A DNA stretch of 64,000 nucleotides from Sphingomonas sp. (GCF_031372575.1 NZ_JANMLM010000111.1:2750-66749); one strand, 5' to 3'; shown: positions 38,643 through 48,442, counted from the stretch's first letter. Notes: generated from the letters alone by a model not told the origin. Made by a program: numbers and translations.

Positions 38643-39590
38643 TCAGGGCGCAAAGCGATCCGGATGCGCCTCGCACAGGATGATCACGAACGCTTCGTGC
38701 GGCGCAAGCCATTCGGTAATCGGGGTCCAGCCGCCGGCGAGCAGCAGCAATCGCGCGCCACGCTGGCCATATTTATGGCTATTTTCGGTGTGGATCGAAC
38801 GTCCTTCGGCGAAAGCGAATTGCTGCCCCGCGACGCTGAATTCGACATCGCGTTTGGCGACCAGATGCATTTCGATCCGCCCCAGCATGTCGGCCCAGCG
38901 CGCCTCATGCGCGAAGGCATCGACCGGGATGTCGGCGTCGAGCTCGCGGTTGATCCGTTCGAGCAGGTTGAGGTTGAACTGCGCGGTCACCCCCTCGGGG
39001 TCGTTATAAGCCGCGACCAGTCGGTCGACCGGCTTGATCCGGTCCATCCCGATCAGCAGCTTCGACCCGGTGCCCAATATATCGCGGAAATGGCCGAGCA
39101 AGGCCGCCGCGCTCTTGGGCACGAAATTGCCGATCGTCGATCCGGGGAAGAAGCCGAGGCGGTCCAACCCGTCGATCTCGCTTGGTAATACAACGTCCTG
39201 GGTGAAGTCGCCGATCACCGGGTGAACCGCGACCCGCGCATGGTCGGCATCGACCACCGCCGCGCTGGCTTCCAGATACTCGCCCGAAATATCGATCGGG
39301 ACATAGGCCTTGGGATGCACGGCCGCGAGCAGCAACGGGGTCTTGGTCGCCGCGCCCGCACCGAACTCCACCACCGCTCCGCCCGGCGCGACATAGGTCG
39401 GCAAATCGACCATTACCTGCTCGAGCAAAGCGGTCTCGGTCCGGGTCGGATAATAAGCCGGCAGCCGCGTGATCTCGTCGAACAATTCGGATCCGCGCCG
39501 ATCGTACAGCCAGCGCGCGGGAATCGCCGGCACCGGCTCGGCCAGCCCGCGAAGCACGTCGGCACGGAAAGCGGGGTCGATCTCGACCAT
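38643..39590 (-). CDS. egtD: L-histidine N-alpha-methyltransferase (ergothioneine pathway)
   Basis: [30 protein letters not shown] and TENSHK. Confidence 0.93.
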   Translation of the reverse strand: MVEIDPAFRADVLRGLAEPVPAIPARWLYDRRGSELFDEITRLPAYYPTRTETALLEQVMVDLPTYVAPGGAVVEFGAGAATKTPLLLAAVHPKAYVPIDISGEYLEASAAVVDADHARVAVHPVIGDFTQDVVLPSEIDGLDRLGFFPGSTIGNFVPKSAAALLGHFRDILGTGSKLLIGMDRIKPVDRLVAAYNDPEGVTAQFNLNLLERINRELDADIPVDAFAHEARWADMLGRIEMHLVAKRDVEFSVAGQQFAFAEGRSIHTENSHKYGQRGARLLLLAGGWTPITEWLAPHEAFVIILCEAHPDRFAP

Positions 39591-39594
39591 CGTG

Positions 39595-40833
39595 TCAGGC
39601 GTCTCTTGCAAGTCGAACTCCGGTAAATTGCCAGCGCGCGGCCGGGGGAAAGAAATTGCGATAGGAAGCGCGGCTATGACCACGCGGGGTGGCGCAGGAT
39701 GCGCCCTTCAGCACGAACTGCCCGCACATGAACTTGCCATTATATTCGCCGACCGTCCCCTCCTCGGGCGTGAATCCCGGATAGGGCAGATAGGCGCTCA
39801 TCGTCCACTGCCAGCAATCGCCAAACGGACCGCCGCCGGGGCGGGGCAGGACGGAGCCGGCATTATCGAGCTGATGGCCGCTATAGGGATCGGCGCCGTC
39901 GAACATTGCCTCCCATTCGGCCTCGGTCGGCAATCGCGCGCCTGCCCAGCGCGCGAAGGCGTCGGCTTCGTAATAGCTGATCATCACGACCGGCGCGGCG
40001 CGGTCGATCTCGCGGCGGCCGGCGAGGGTGAAATACGACCCGTCATCGTTCCAGTAATGCGGCCGCCCGATGCGATTGGCCTGGACCCAGTCCCAGCCTT
40101 CGCTCAGCCACAGGTTCGGGTCGCGATAGCCGCCGTCGGCGATGAATTGCTGCCATTCGCCATTGGTGACGAGGCGGTTGGCGATGGCGTGGGGGCTGAG
40201 CAAGGCGCGGTGGCGCGGGCGCTCGCAATCGAAGGCAAATGTGGGGCCGGTCGCGCCAATCTCGACGATCCCCTCGCGTCCCGACAGCCACGAGATTGGC
40301 TCGGTCGAATGGCACGGCGCGGGCGCAAGCTCGCCATAGGCCGGCTCGAGCGGATTCTCCGCAAAGGTCGCGAGAATGTCGGTCAACAGCAATTCCTGAT
40401 GCTGTTGCTCGTGCTGGATGCCGATCTCGACCAGTTTCAGCGCCGCCTCGGGCAGGCCAGGCATCGCATCGGCCATCGCCGCATCGACCACCTGCCGCCA
40501 GCCGCGCACCTCGTCGAGGGTCGGGCGGCTGATCATCCCGCGGCGGCAGCGCTCGTGGCGGTCGCCCTCACCATTGTAATAGCTGTTGAACAGGAACGGC
40601 CAGCGTTCGTCATGGAGCTGGTATCCCGCCACATGGTCGCGCAGCACGAACGTCTCGAGGAACCAGCTAGTGTGCGCCAAATGCCACTTGGCGGGCGAGG
40701 CGTCGGGGTGCGGCTGGATTGTCGCGTCGGCGTCGGACAAGGGCTCGGCCAGTGCCAGCGTCAGCGTGCGCGTGGCCGCTAGCCGCCCCGCCAAATCCTC
40801 GCTTACTGGCCGCGTGTCGCGCCGGGTTGCCAC
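39595..40833 (-). CDS. egtB: Ergothioneine sulfoxide synthase
   Basis: ASPAKWHLAH, FNSYY, HEQQHQE, RLPTEAEWE and YRNFF. Confidence 0.93.
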   Translation of the reverse strand: MATRRDTRPVSEDLAGRLAATRTLTLALAEPLSDADATIQPHPDASPAKWHLAHTSWFLETFVLRDHVAGYQLHDERWPFLFNSYYNGEGDRHERCRRGMISRPTLDEVRGWRQVVDAAMADAMPGLPEAALKLVEIGIQHEQQHQELLLTDILATFAENPLEPAYGELAPAPCHSTEPISWLSGREGIVEIGATGPTFAFDCERPRHRALLSPHAIANRLVTNGEWQQFIADGGYRDPNLWLSEGWDWVQANRIGRPHYWNDDGSYFTLAGRREIDRAAPVVMISYYEADAFARWAGARLPTEAEWEAMFDGADPYSGHQLDNAGSVLPRPGGGPFGDCWQWTMSAYLPYPGFTPEEGTVGEYNGKFMCGQFVLKGASCATPRGHSRASYRNFFPPAARWQFTGVRLARDA

Positions 40834-41372
40834 AGCACATCGCCCCCTTCAGTTGCCGCCACCGAACGCGCGGCGACGAACAAATGGTCCGACAGGCGAT
40901 TGAGGTAAGCGATGGCGTGGTGATTGACTGCTTCGCTCGCCATCAGCGCAACCGCCGCCCGCTCGGCCCGTCGGACGACCGCGCGCGCGACATGTAGCGC
41001 CGCGACCGCGCCCGATCCGCCGGGCAGAATGAAGCTGGTCAGCGCGGCCAGATCGGCGTTCATCACGTCGATCCCGCCCTCGATCCGCGCGACCTGGCCG
41101 GGCGTGATCCGCAGCGCGCCCTCAATCTCGCCGGGGGTGGCGAGATCGGCGCCAAGGTCGAACATCTCATTCTGGATCAGCCGCAACCGGTCGGCCAGTA
41201 TCTCATGCTCGTCGTCGAGCGCCGCGATGGCGACCCCGATGAAGCTGTTGGCCTCATCGACCTCGCCGATCGCGGTCAGCCGCAGCCCAGCCTTCGACGT
41301 GCGGCTGCCGTCGACCAGCCCCGACGTGCCGTCATCCCCGGTGCGGGTGTAAATCTTGTTGAGCTTGACCAT
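40803..41372 (-). CDS. PduO-type cob(I)alamin adenosyltransferase
   Basis: KIYTRTGDDG, FILPGG, RRAER and YLNRLSD. Confidence 0.93.
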   Translation of the reverse strand: MVKLNKIYTRTGDDGTSGLVDGSRTSKAGLRLTAIGEVDEANSFIGVAIAALDDEHEILADRLRLIQNEMFDLGADLATPGEIEGALRITPGQVARIEGGIDVMNADLAALTSFILPGGSGAVAALHVARAVVRRAERAAVALMASEAVNHHAIAYLNRLSDHLFVAARSVAATEGGDVLWQPGATRGQ

Positions 41373-41390
41373 CGGTCGGAAAGCGGAGCG

Positions 41391-41597
41391 TCAGCCCCGA
41401 CCGCCGCCGGCGGCGAGCAGGATCACCACCACGATGACGATCGCGATGCCCTGGAACAGCACCCGTTTCTGCATGTAATTTTGCTGGATCGCACCCGACG
41501 CGTCCTTGCCATTGGCCATTGAAATGACCCCGCGGACGAGGACGTAAGCGGTCGCGCCCATGGCGACGACGAGGGCGATGATCAGCAAGGTGTTCAT
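41391..41597 (-). CDS. HIG1-domain twin-transmembrane small protein
   Basis: 68 aa with two TMs and a M..RV.FQ motif. Confidence 0.8.
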   Translation of the reverse strand: MNTLLIIALVVAMGATAYVLVRGVISMANGKDASGAIQQNYMQKRVLFQGIAIVIVVVILLAAGGGRG

Positions 41598-41607
41598 AAG
41601 GCCCTAT

Positions 41608-42438
41608 CTAAGCAAGGATGAAGCGGAATCCTAGGGGCAGTTCGCCGCGTCCCAAGCGGGCGGCGAGCGCCGGGCCGTCGACCCCCGCATCGCGCAGTGC
41701 GGCGAGTGTCGGCGCAAGGTCGCGCTTGGCCAGCCGCCGGCCGTCGTCATGTGCGACAATCGGGTGATGGAGATAGCGTGGCTCGGGCAAACCAAGCAGC
41801 ATCTGGAGTAGTCGCTGGACCGGGGCCGAGGGCCGCAAATCCGCCCCGCGCACCACCAGCGTCACCCCGCTCGCTGCATCATCGACCACGCAGGCGAGGT
41901 GGTAAGCGGCGGGGGCATCCTTGCGGGCGAGGATAACGTCGTCGATTCGGGCAGACGTGAATTGCGCACCGTCGGCTTCGGTCCATGTGGGCACCGCCGC
42001 CAACGCGATTGCCTTTGCACTGTCGAGCCGCCAGCTGTGCACCGCCGCCGCCCGCCGCGCCGGATCATCGGCCAGCCCGCGACACGTCCCCGGGTAGGCC
42101 GCCCCGACTTCGCCATGCGGCGCGCTCATCGCTGCGGCGATATCGGCGCGGGTACAAAAGCAAGGATAGGCCAGCCCCTGATCGCGCAGTTTCTCCAGCG
42201 CGCCGGAATAAATCTCGGTCCGCGCGGACTGGACCAACACCGCGCCGTCCCACGCAATCCCCAACCACTGCAAATCCTCGAAAATGCCGTCGATAAATTC
42301 GGCCCGGCACCGCCCCGCATCCAGATCCTCGATCCGCAGCAAGAATTGTTGCCCGGCCGATCGCCCGACGATTGCTGAGTAGGCATGCCCCAAATGCAGC
42401 CGCCCACTTGGGGACGGCGCGAAGCGCGAAGTGATCAC
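41608..42438 (-). CDS. gluQ: Glutamyl-Q tRNA(Asp) synthetase
   Basis: RFAPSPSG.LHLGH, LRIED.D, VRGADL and RLAKR. No anticodon-binding domain. Confidence 0.9.
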   Translation of the reverse strand: MITSRFAPSPSGRLHLGHAYSAIVGRSAGQQFLLRIEDLDAGRCRAEFIDGIFEDLQWLGIAWDGAVLVQSARTEIYSGALEKLRDQGLAYPCFCTRADIAAAMSAPHGEVGAAYPGTCRGLADDPARRAAAVHSWRLDSAKAIALAAVPTWTEADGAQFTSARIDDVILARKDAPAAYHLACVVDDAASGVTLVVRGADLRPSAPVQRLLQMLLGLPEPRYLHHPIVAHDDGRRLAKRDLAPTLAALRDAGVDGPALAARLGRGELPLGFRFILA

Positions 42439-42494
42439 TGACGTAACATCAAGCTTGACCGCGACTCTGCAATGGTTGATTCATCATCCTGTCA

Positions 42495-42612
42495 CGCTGG
42501 CTTGGCATCCAGCTGGTCACAAGGGAAGCGGCCTGGAACGGCCTCTCCTCCTTGCGTGCGACGGGGCCGGGGGAGAGCCGTTCGGGCGACCGAACGAAAG
42601 GCTCTGCGCGTC
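42495..42612 (+). other. Structured 5' leader of the HNH gene (candidate cis-regulatory RNA)
   Basis: Several hairpins, including AGAGCC-GTTCGG-GCGA-CCGAAC-GAAA-GGCTCT (42574-42605), which covers the putative RBS. Confidence 0.4.
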
Positions 42613-43179
42613 GTGTATCATTCCGATCTTATCCGCCATCCCGATGGCTGCCCTGCCTTGGTGCTCAACGCCGATTACACGCCGCTGAGTTACTATCCGC
42701 TCAGCCTGTGGCCGTGGCAGACCGCGGTCAAGGCGATGTTCCTCGAGCGGGTCGACGTGGTCGCCCATTACGACCGCGAAGTGCATTCGCCCAACCATAC
42801 GCTCAAATTGCCGAGCGTGATCGCGTTGCGCTCGTTCGTCCGGCCCAATGAATATCCGGCGTTCACGCGGTTCAACCTGTTCCTGCGCGATCGTTTCTGT
42901 TGCGTCTATTGCGGCAGCCACAAGGAATTGACCTTCGACCATGTCGTCCCGCGCGCGCAGGGGGGGCGGACAACGTGGGAGAATGTCGCCACCGCCTGCG
43001 CCCCGTGCAACCTCAAAAAAGGCGGCCGCACTCCGCGCCAGGCGAGCATGCCGATCCACCGCGAACCGATCCGCCCGACCAGCTGGCAATTGCAGGACCA
43101 CGGCAAAAGCTTCCCGCCCAACTACCTCCACCGCAGCTGGCGCGATTATCTCTATTGGGACATCGAGCTGGAGGCGTAG
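42613..43179 (+). CDS. HNH endonuclease (McrA/HNH_5-like)
   Basis: CVYCG, TFDHVVP..GG.TTWEN.ATAC.PCN..K. GTG start at 42613. Confidence 0.92.
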   Translation: MYHSDLIRHPDGCPALVLNADYTPLSYYPLSLWPWQTAVKAMFLERVDVVAHYDREVHSPNHTLKLPSVIALRSFVRPNEYPAFTRFNLFLRDRFCCVYCGSHKELTFDHVVPRAQGGRTTWENVATACAPCNLKKGGRTPRQASMPIHREPIRPTSWQLQDHGKSFPPNYLHRSWRDYLYWDIELEA

Positions 43180-43207
43180 AGGGCCAACTGACGGCAAGGA
43201 GTGTGGC

Positions 43208-43783
43208 ATGTTTGATCGCCTAAAAGCGCGGCTTGGGGGCAACGTAAATTCCACCGGTCCGACTGGCGGAGACCAAGAGCGAATCTTCCTGGATGGCGCG
43301 TATCGGCTCCACAAAACCGAAGATGTATCGCGTTTCACAGCATTGGCCGTTGATGCCTTCCCTCAATTTCAGCAGCGTATCACGTGCTTCGGGGCTAGTT
43401 GGCTAGGCTGCCAGTTTGCGACCGACGAAGCCAGAATCGTCGGTGGGGATCGCCAGATTTTGCTACTGGAGCCTGGCACTGGTGAAGCGCTGGAAATCCC
43501 GGTTGGCTTCAGTGCATTTCACGACAGCGAACTCGTTCAACAATCCGACGCGGTTGCAGCCTTCAGCTTTTTCAATGCGTGGCGTGCGGCTGGTGGCGAA
43601 GCGCCGCAGTACGACCAGTGCGTCGGCTACAAGCAACCGTTATTTCTCGGTGGATCGGACGATCTGTCGAACCTCGAGATCACTGACTTCGATGTTTACT
43701 GGAGCATCGCCGCCCAGATCTTGCAAAAGGTGCGCGGTTTGCCAGCCGGCACATCGATGCGACAGATCGGGATTGCCGATTAG
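43208..43783 (+). CDS. DUF1851 / Tdi1-like toxin immunity protein
   Basis: The C-terminal CVGYKQPLFLGG.DDL.NLE..D..VYW motif matches my recollection of the DUF1851 (Tdi1 C-terminal) consensus. Visibly more AT-rich than its neighbours. Confidence 0.65.
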   Translation: MFDRLKARLGGNVNSTGPTGGDQERIFLDGAYRLHKTEDVSRFTALAVDAFPQFQQRITCFGASWLGCQFATDEARIVGGDRQILLLEPGTGEALEIPVGFSAFHDSELVQQSDAVAAFSFFNAWRAAGGEAPQYDQCVGYKQPLFLGGSDDLSNLEITDFDVYWSIAAQILQKVRGLPAGTSMRQIGIAD

Positions 43784-43852
43784 CGGGCGGCGTTGACCGG
43801 GGCGCTGACGAATTGCATCGCCGTGTTTCGTTTTTGCCCCGTGCTGAGGTGT

Positions 43853-43880
43853 CTTGAAACCCGTTTGGTCCTTCCTAAAT
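43853..43880 (+). promoter_or_regulatory. RpoH (sigma32)-type promoter of hsp20
   Basis: CTTGAA-N15-CCTAAAT, similar to the alphaproteobacterial CTTG-N17/18-CYTATNT consensus. Confidence 0.65.
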
Positions 43881-43971
43881 CCGCGTCCGCCGGTCGCCAA
43901 TTGGGGCCGGCGACGGGGCGTCGGCTCCAGCCTTCGCTCCGCCACGTTGCTCAATGGAGGACAGGACAATG
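43881..43971 (+). promoter_or_regulatory. ROSE-type RNA thermometer
   Basis: GTTGCTC (43946-52) pairs with GAGGAC (43957-62, containing the SD) with a bulged G. An upstream GC-rich hairpin lies at 43884-43915. Confidence 0.75.
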
Positions 43972-44466
43972 CGTAGTGCTTTTGACTTTTCGCCGTATCG
44001 TCGTTCGGCCATCGGCTTCGACCGGTTGTTCGACATGCTCGAAACCAACGCCGCGAGCCCGACGCAGGAGAATTATCCGCCGTTCGACCTCATCCAGCTG
44101 GACGAGAATGAATATCGGATCGACCTTGCCGTGGCCGGGTTCAAGCGCGATGAAATCGACATCACCGCGCAGCAGAACGTGCTGGTGGTTGCCGGAAAGA
44201 AAGGCAATGGTGACGATCAGACCTTCATCCACCGCGGGATCGCGACCCGCTCGTTCGAGCGCCGCTTTGCGCTGGCCGACCATATCAAGGTCCGCGACGC
44301 CGATCTCAAGGACGGCCTGCTGTCAGTGACGCTGGTGCGCGAGATTCCCGAAGCGATGAAGCCGCGCCGGATCGATATCGGTGGTGCCGAACGGCCGGCG
44401 ATCGGTGGCGACGAGCGCCAGTCGGACTCGACCCGGACGATCGAAGCGGAAGTTCAGCCCGCCTGA
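43969..44466 (+). CDS. ibpA: Small heat shock protein (IbpA/Hsp20)
   Basis: IGFDRLFD, YPPFDL, HRGIATRSFERRF.LAD and DGLL. Confidence 0.93.
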   Translation: MRSAFDFSPYRRSAIGFDRLFDMLETNAASPTQENYPPFDLIQLDENEYRIDLAVAGFKRDEIDITAQQNVLVVAGKKGNGDDQTFIHRGIATRSFERRFALADHIKVRDADLKDGLLSVTLVREIPEAMKPRRIDIGGAERPAIGGDERQSDSTRTIEAEVQPA

Positions 44467-44484
44467 CGGGCAGCGATCGGATGT

Positions 44485-44508
44485 CCCCCGGAGCTTCGGC
44501 TCCGGGGG
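44485..44508. terminator. Hairpin between convergent hsp20 and galU (probable terminator)
   Basis: Perfect 10-bp stem CCCCCGGAGC-TTCG-GCTCCGGGGG. No strong U-tract. Confidence 0.65.
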
Positions 44509-44513
44509 CATTC

Positions 44514-45389
44514 CTAGCGCAGGGGTAACAAATGCCTGGCCGCCTCGGCCACCCGTGTGCCGATCTCCGGATCGTCGAGTGCCAGCGCCAGATTGGCCAG
44601 CACGAAGCCCAATTTGTCGCCGCAGTCGTGGCGCACCGCGTCGACTGTCACCGCGTGGAAGGGCTGGGTGCCGATCAGTTTGGCCATGGCGTCGGTCAGC
44701 TGGATTTCGCCGCCCGATCCGGGCTCGGTCGCGTCGAGGATTGCCATGATTTCGGGCTGGAGGATGTAGCGGCCGATTACGCCGAGGCGCGACGGGGCGG
44801 CGGCGGGGGCGGGTTTTTCGATGAGGCCGAGCACTTGGGTGCGGTTGCCGTCGATCTCGCCCGGGGTGATGATGCCATAACTCGCGGTCCGCTCCGCCGC
44901 GACTTCCTCCGCGCAGACGATGTTGCCGCCGAGGTCGTTGTACGCTTCGACCATCTGCTTGAGCGCGCCAGGGGTTCCGGCCATCAGATCATCGGGCAGC
45001 AGCACCGCGAACGGTTCGTTGCCAATGATATGGCGCGCGCACCAGACGGCATGGCCAAGCCCGAGCGCCTGTTGCTGGCGGACGCTGACGATCTCACCAA
45101 AGCCGGTCCGCGCTGCCTCGAGCGCATGGAGGCTCTTGCCGCGACCGCGCATCGTGGCTTCAAGTTCAAAACCGACGTCGAAATGATCCTCGAGCGCGCC
45201 CTTGCCGCGACCAGTGACGAAGATCATCTGCTCGATCCCCGCCGCGCGCGCTTCTTCGACAGCGTACTGGATCAGCGGCTTGTCGACGATGGTCAGCATT
45301 TCTTTGGGAGTCGATTTGGTCGCGGGCAGCAGCCGCGTGCCGAGCCCAGCCACCGGGAAGACGGCTTTCCGAACCGGACGAATGCTCAT
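44514..45389 (-). CDS. galU: UTP-glucose-1-phosphate uridylyltransferase
   Basis: KAVFPVAGLGTR.LPATK..PKEML, LGLGHAV and EIQLTDA. Confidence 0.96.
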   Translation of the reverse strand: MSIRPVRKAVFPVAGLGTRLLPATKSTPKEMLTIVDKPLIQYAVEEARAAGIEQMIFVTGRGKGALEDHFDVGFELEATMRGRGKSLHALEAARTGFGEIVSVRQQQALGLGHAVWCARHIIGNEPFAVLLPDDLMAGTPGALKQMVEAYNDLGGNIVCAEEVAAERTASYGIITPGEIDGNRTQVLGLIEKPAPAAAPSRLGVIGRYILQPEIMAILDATEPGSGGEIQLTDAMAKLIGTQPFHAVTVDAVRHDCGDKLGFVLANLALALDDPEIGTRVAEAARHLLPLR

Positions 45390-45697
45390 TTGGGGTCGCT
45401 CAACGTCGGCTTTTCCGACGATGTCGGTTCGGCGGTTTCAGGCAAAGGCGCGGCACCGCCGTCGGGCGGGGGCAGGTCGAAGCGGTCGGCCTTGCGCGGG
45501 ACCGATTTCTTCAAAATCTCGTCGACCCGCTCGGGGTGCGAATCGACCCTTGGCGTGAGCAATTCCTCGGCGGTCGGGGCGACCTGCGCCATCGCCGGCT
45601 TGACCGGTAGCGCCTCGCCCTTGGGCGGTTTCAATGGGCCAAGCGTGCCGCAGCCGGTGAGCGCGAGGGCGGCAATCAGGATCGCGATACGCTTCAT
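45386..45697 (-). CDS. Small lipoprotein (LptM/YifL-like N-terminus)
   Basis: Lipobox LTGC followed by GTLGPLKPP. Sits downstream of argH. Confidence 0.65.
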   Translation of the reverse strand: MKRIAILIAALALTGCGTLGPLKPPKGEALPVKPAMAQVAPTAEELLTPRVDSHPERVDEILKKSVPRKADRFDLPPPDGGAAPLPETAEPTSSEKPTLSDPK

Positions 45698-47070
45698 GCT
45701 CTACTCCGGCGCGCCGCCCGCGCGGCTGCGATCGCTTCTGCTACCCTGATCGGCGCTGTCCCGCCAGCCGAGGTTCGCGATGCGACCGACGCCTCGACCG
45801 ACAGCCGGGGCAGCGCGGCCTCGGCAATGCGCGGATCGATCGCTTGCAGTTCGCTGAGGCTAAGCTGGTCGAGCGCCTTGCCGCTGGCCTCCGCCGCCGC
45901 CACCGCGCTGCCCGCGATGTGATGCGCCTCGCGGAATGGCACCCCCGCCTCCCCAGCCAGCCAGTCGGCGAGGTCGGTCGCGGTGGCGTGACCGGCGGCG
46001 GCCGCAGCGCGCATCTTGTCGGGCACGAAGATGAGGTCGGCGATCATTCCCGCCATCGCTGCCAGCCCCAAAGTCAGATGGTCGTGCGCGGCGAACAACG
46101 GCGGCTTGTCCTCCTGTAAATCCTTGGAATAAGCGAGCGGGAGTCCCTTCAACAGCACCAGCAACGACACCAAATTGGCGATGATACCCGCGCTCTGGCC
46201 GCGCACCAGTTCCGCCGCATCGGGGTTGCGCTTGTTGGGCATGATCGAGCTTCCGGTCGACCAGGCGTCGGGCAATTTCACGAATCCGAACATCGGGCTC
46301 GCCCACAAGATGATCTCCTCCGCCAGCCGCGACAGATGGACCGATGTCAGCGCCGCCGCATGGAGATAATCGACCACGAAATCGCGATCCGACACCGCGT
46401 CGAGGCTGTTCGCGCTCGGTCGGTCGAACCCCAGTTCTGCCGCGACCGAAGCGCGATCGAGATCGAACCCGGTCCCTGCCAGCGCCGCGCTGCCAAGCGG
46501 CGATTCATTCATCCGCACCCGCGCATCGGCAAAGCGGCTGCGGTCGCGGCCAAGCATCGCGAAATAGGCCATGAGGTGATGGCCCAAGGTCACCGGCTGG
46601 CCTGACTGCAAATGCGTGAACCCCGGCATCACCGTCCCGACATTTTGCTCGGCCCGATTCAGCAGTGCTTCCTCAAGCGCGTCGATTCCGGCAAGCGCTT
46701 GGTCGATCGCGGCGCGAACGAACAAGCGAAAGTCGGTCGCCACCTGGTCGTTGCGCGACCGCGCGGTGTGGAGCTTGCCCGCGACCGGCCCGATGAGCTC
46801 GGTCAGCCGGTGTTCGACATGCATGTGGATATCCTCGAGCGCGGGATCCTCGACCAATTTGCCGTCGGCATATTCGGCCGCCACTTGGTCCAGCCCAGCG
46901 TCGATCGTCGCCGCTTCCTCGCCAGATAAAATGCCCTGCCGCCCGAGCATCGCGGCATGCGCCTTTGACGCGGCGATGTCCTCGCGCCATAGCCTTTTGT
47001 CGACCGCGATCGAGGCATTGATCTCGCGCATCACCGCGGCCGGGCCGCCGTCAAAGCGCCCGCCCCACAT
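45694..47070 (-). CDS. argH: Argininosuccinate lyase
   Basis: [19 protein letters not shown] and [12 protein letters not shown]. Confidence 0.97.
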   Translation of the reverse strand: MWGGRFDGGPAAVMREINASIAVDKRLWREDIAASKAHAAMLGRQGILSGEEAATIDAGLDQVAAEYADGKLVEDPALEDIHMHVEHRLTELIGPVAGKLHTARSRNDQVATDFRLFVRAAIDQALAGIDALEEALLNRAEQNVGTVMPGFTHLQSGQPVTLGHHLMAYFAMLGRDRSRFADARVRMNESPLGSAALAGTGFDLDRASVAAELGFDRPSANSLDAVSDRDFVVDYLHAAALTSVHLSRLAEEIILWASPMFGFVKLPDAWSTGSSIMPNKRNPDAAELVRGQSAGIIANLVSLLVLLKGLPLAYSKDLQEDKPPLFAAHDHLTLGLAAMAGMIADLIFVPDKMRAAAAAGHATATDLADWLAGEAGVPFREAHHIAGSAVAAAEASGKALDQLSLSELQAIDPRIAEAALPRLSVEASVASRTSAGGTAPIRVAEAIAAARAARRSRA

Positions 47071-47086
47071 TGGATTGGAATTGCCT

Positions 47087-47668
47087 GTGCCTGTCTCGCC
47101 GCGGCTGATCGTCTTGCTCCTCATCGGCCTCATCGCTGCCGGCTGCGATAGGCAAAAGGCCGAGGCGCCTCAAGCACAAGCCACCAATGACGCCGCGCCC
47201 GCCGCGCCTGCCGCAACCGGCAAGGGCGTCGACCGCAACCACAAGGGGGAGGCCGCGCCGACGGCAATGTTCAAGAACCCCGACGACGGCGACTTCAATA
47301 TCGCCAAGTTCAAGGGCGTGCCGGTGCTGGTCAATCTGTGGGCCAGCTGGTGCGCGCCATGCGTCAAGGAATTGCCGACGCTCCAGAAACTCGAGGCAGC
47401 GCAGGGCGCCGACGGCAAGCTCGCAGTGATTTCGGTCAGCCAGGACAGCGCGCCCAAAGGGTCGGTCGACGCCTTCTTGGCGGAGAAAAACATCGGCAAA
47501 TTCGCCGCCTACCGCGATCCCGAGATGGCGCTGACCAGCGCGCTCGGGGTGCAGATCATGCCGACCACGATCCTCTACGACGCGGCGGGCAAGGAAGTAT
47601 GGCGCTTCACCGGCGATCTCGACTGGACCGGGGCAGAGGCGACCAAGCTGCTCGCCGAAGCGCAATAA
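47087..47668 (+). CDS. TlpA-like thioredoxin lipoprotein
   Basis: [13 protein letters not shown], lipobox IAAGC, and MPTT cis-Pro motif. Confidence 0.9.
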   Translation: MPVSPRLIVLLLIGLIAAGCDRQKAEAPQAQATNDAAPAAPAATGKGVDRNHKGEAAPTAMFKNPDDGDFNIAKFKGVPVLVNLWASWCAPCVKELPTLQKLEAAQGADGKLAVISVSQDSAPKGSVDAFLAEKNIGKFAAYRDPEMALTSALGVQIMPTTILYDAAGKEVWRFTGDLDWTGAEATKLLAEAQ

Positions 47669-47677
47669 GCGCCCAGC

Positions 47678-48442
47678 CTATCGCGCCGTCGGCAGCTTGA
47701 TCTGGAACAGGGTCGGCCAATTCTTGCCGGTCACGAACAGCCGGCCCTTGGCTTTGTCGAACGCAATTCCGTTCGGGACCGCGTCGGGGTCGGTCGAACC
47801 GATGCGTCGCGACAATGCGCTGACATCGATCCAGCCCTTCACCCGGCCGGTCGCCGGATCAATCCGCGCGATCATGTTGGTCATCCAGATATTGGCCAAT
47901 ATCTCGCCGCGGACATATTCGAGCTCGTTGATCTGGCGCACCGGCTGGCCATTGGCGGTGACATTGAGGGTGCGGACGACCTTCAGGCTCACCGGGTCGA
48001 GAAAGCGCAGCATTGGCGTTCCGTCGGACAGGATGATGTTGCGGCCGTCCTTTGTCATGCCCCAGCCCTCGCCGCTATAGCGGAAGGTGCCGAGCTTGCG
48101 GAACGTCTTCAACGACCAGCGCGTGCCGACACCGCCATGCCAGATCACATTGAGCAATTGGTCCTTCCAGTCGACCAACCCTTCGCCGAACACGCTCGGC
48201 GACAATGTAACGCTCTGCAGCGTGCGGCCGGTCACGAGATTGGTCTTTCGGATGGAGGATTGACCTTCGCGCCCGGTGCTTTCGTAGAGAAAGCCGTCGC
48301 GATAGAGCAAGCCCTGGGTGAAGGCGTCGGTGGCGTGCGGGTAGGTGCGGATCACCTGCGCCGCCTCGACCGGAAGCGCCGCCTTCGAAGGAACCGGGGC
48401 AAGCGCGAGCATCGCCGCGACGATCAGGCCAAGGCTCCGCAT
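47678..48442 (-). CDS. Glutaminyl-peptide cyclotransferase (plant/bacterial beta-propeller type)
   Basis: FTQGL, ESTG, FGEG, EGWG, NELE and NGIA. Confidence 0.92.
   Translation of the reverse strand: MRSLGLIVAAMLALAPVPSKAALPVEAAQVIRTYPHATDAFTQGLLYRDGFLYESTGREGQSSIRKTNLVTGRTLQSVTLSPSVFGEGLVDWKDQLLNVIWHGGVGTRWSLKTFRKLGTFRYSGEGWGMTKDGRNIILSDGTPMLRFLDPVSLKVVRTLNVTANGQPVRQINELEYVRGEILANIWMTNMIARIDPATGRVKGWIDVSALSRRIGSTDPDAVPNGIAFDKAKGRLFVTGKNWPTLFQIKLPTAR

Noticed and set aside
39469-40782. Long antisense ORFs (for example 39469-40782, 54041-55498, 57185-58651, 27629-28792)
   Set aside because: These are expected opposite real genes in high-GC DNA, where stop codons are rare on the antisense strand. 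They show no recognisable motifs.
38643-40833. egtB as the selenoneine synthase SenA
   Set aside because: No SenB glycosyltransferase or SelD/SenC gene is nearby. The egtB-egtD pair is the ordinary ergothioneine arrangement.
42515-42560. Cobalamin riboswitch (AGGGAA motif near the adenosyltransferase gene)
   Set aside because: It lacks the GCCCCCGCnACTGT/B12-box elements and faces away from the cobalamin gene.
42574-42605. Group II intron domain V or hammerhead ribozyme
   Set aside because: The stem lengths and the 4-nt bulge do not fit domain V, there is no domain VI or RT gene, and there is no CUGAnGA core.
42613-43179. HNH as IscB/HEARO or a homing endonuclease
   Set aside because: It is a 188-aa stand-alone HNH with no RuvC or PLMP segments and no host intron or transposon ends.
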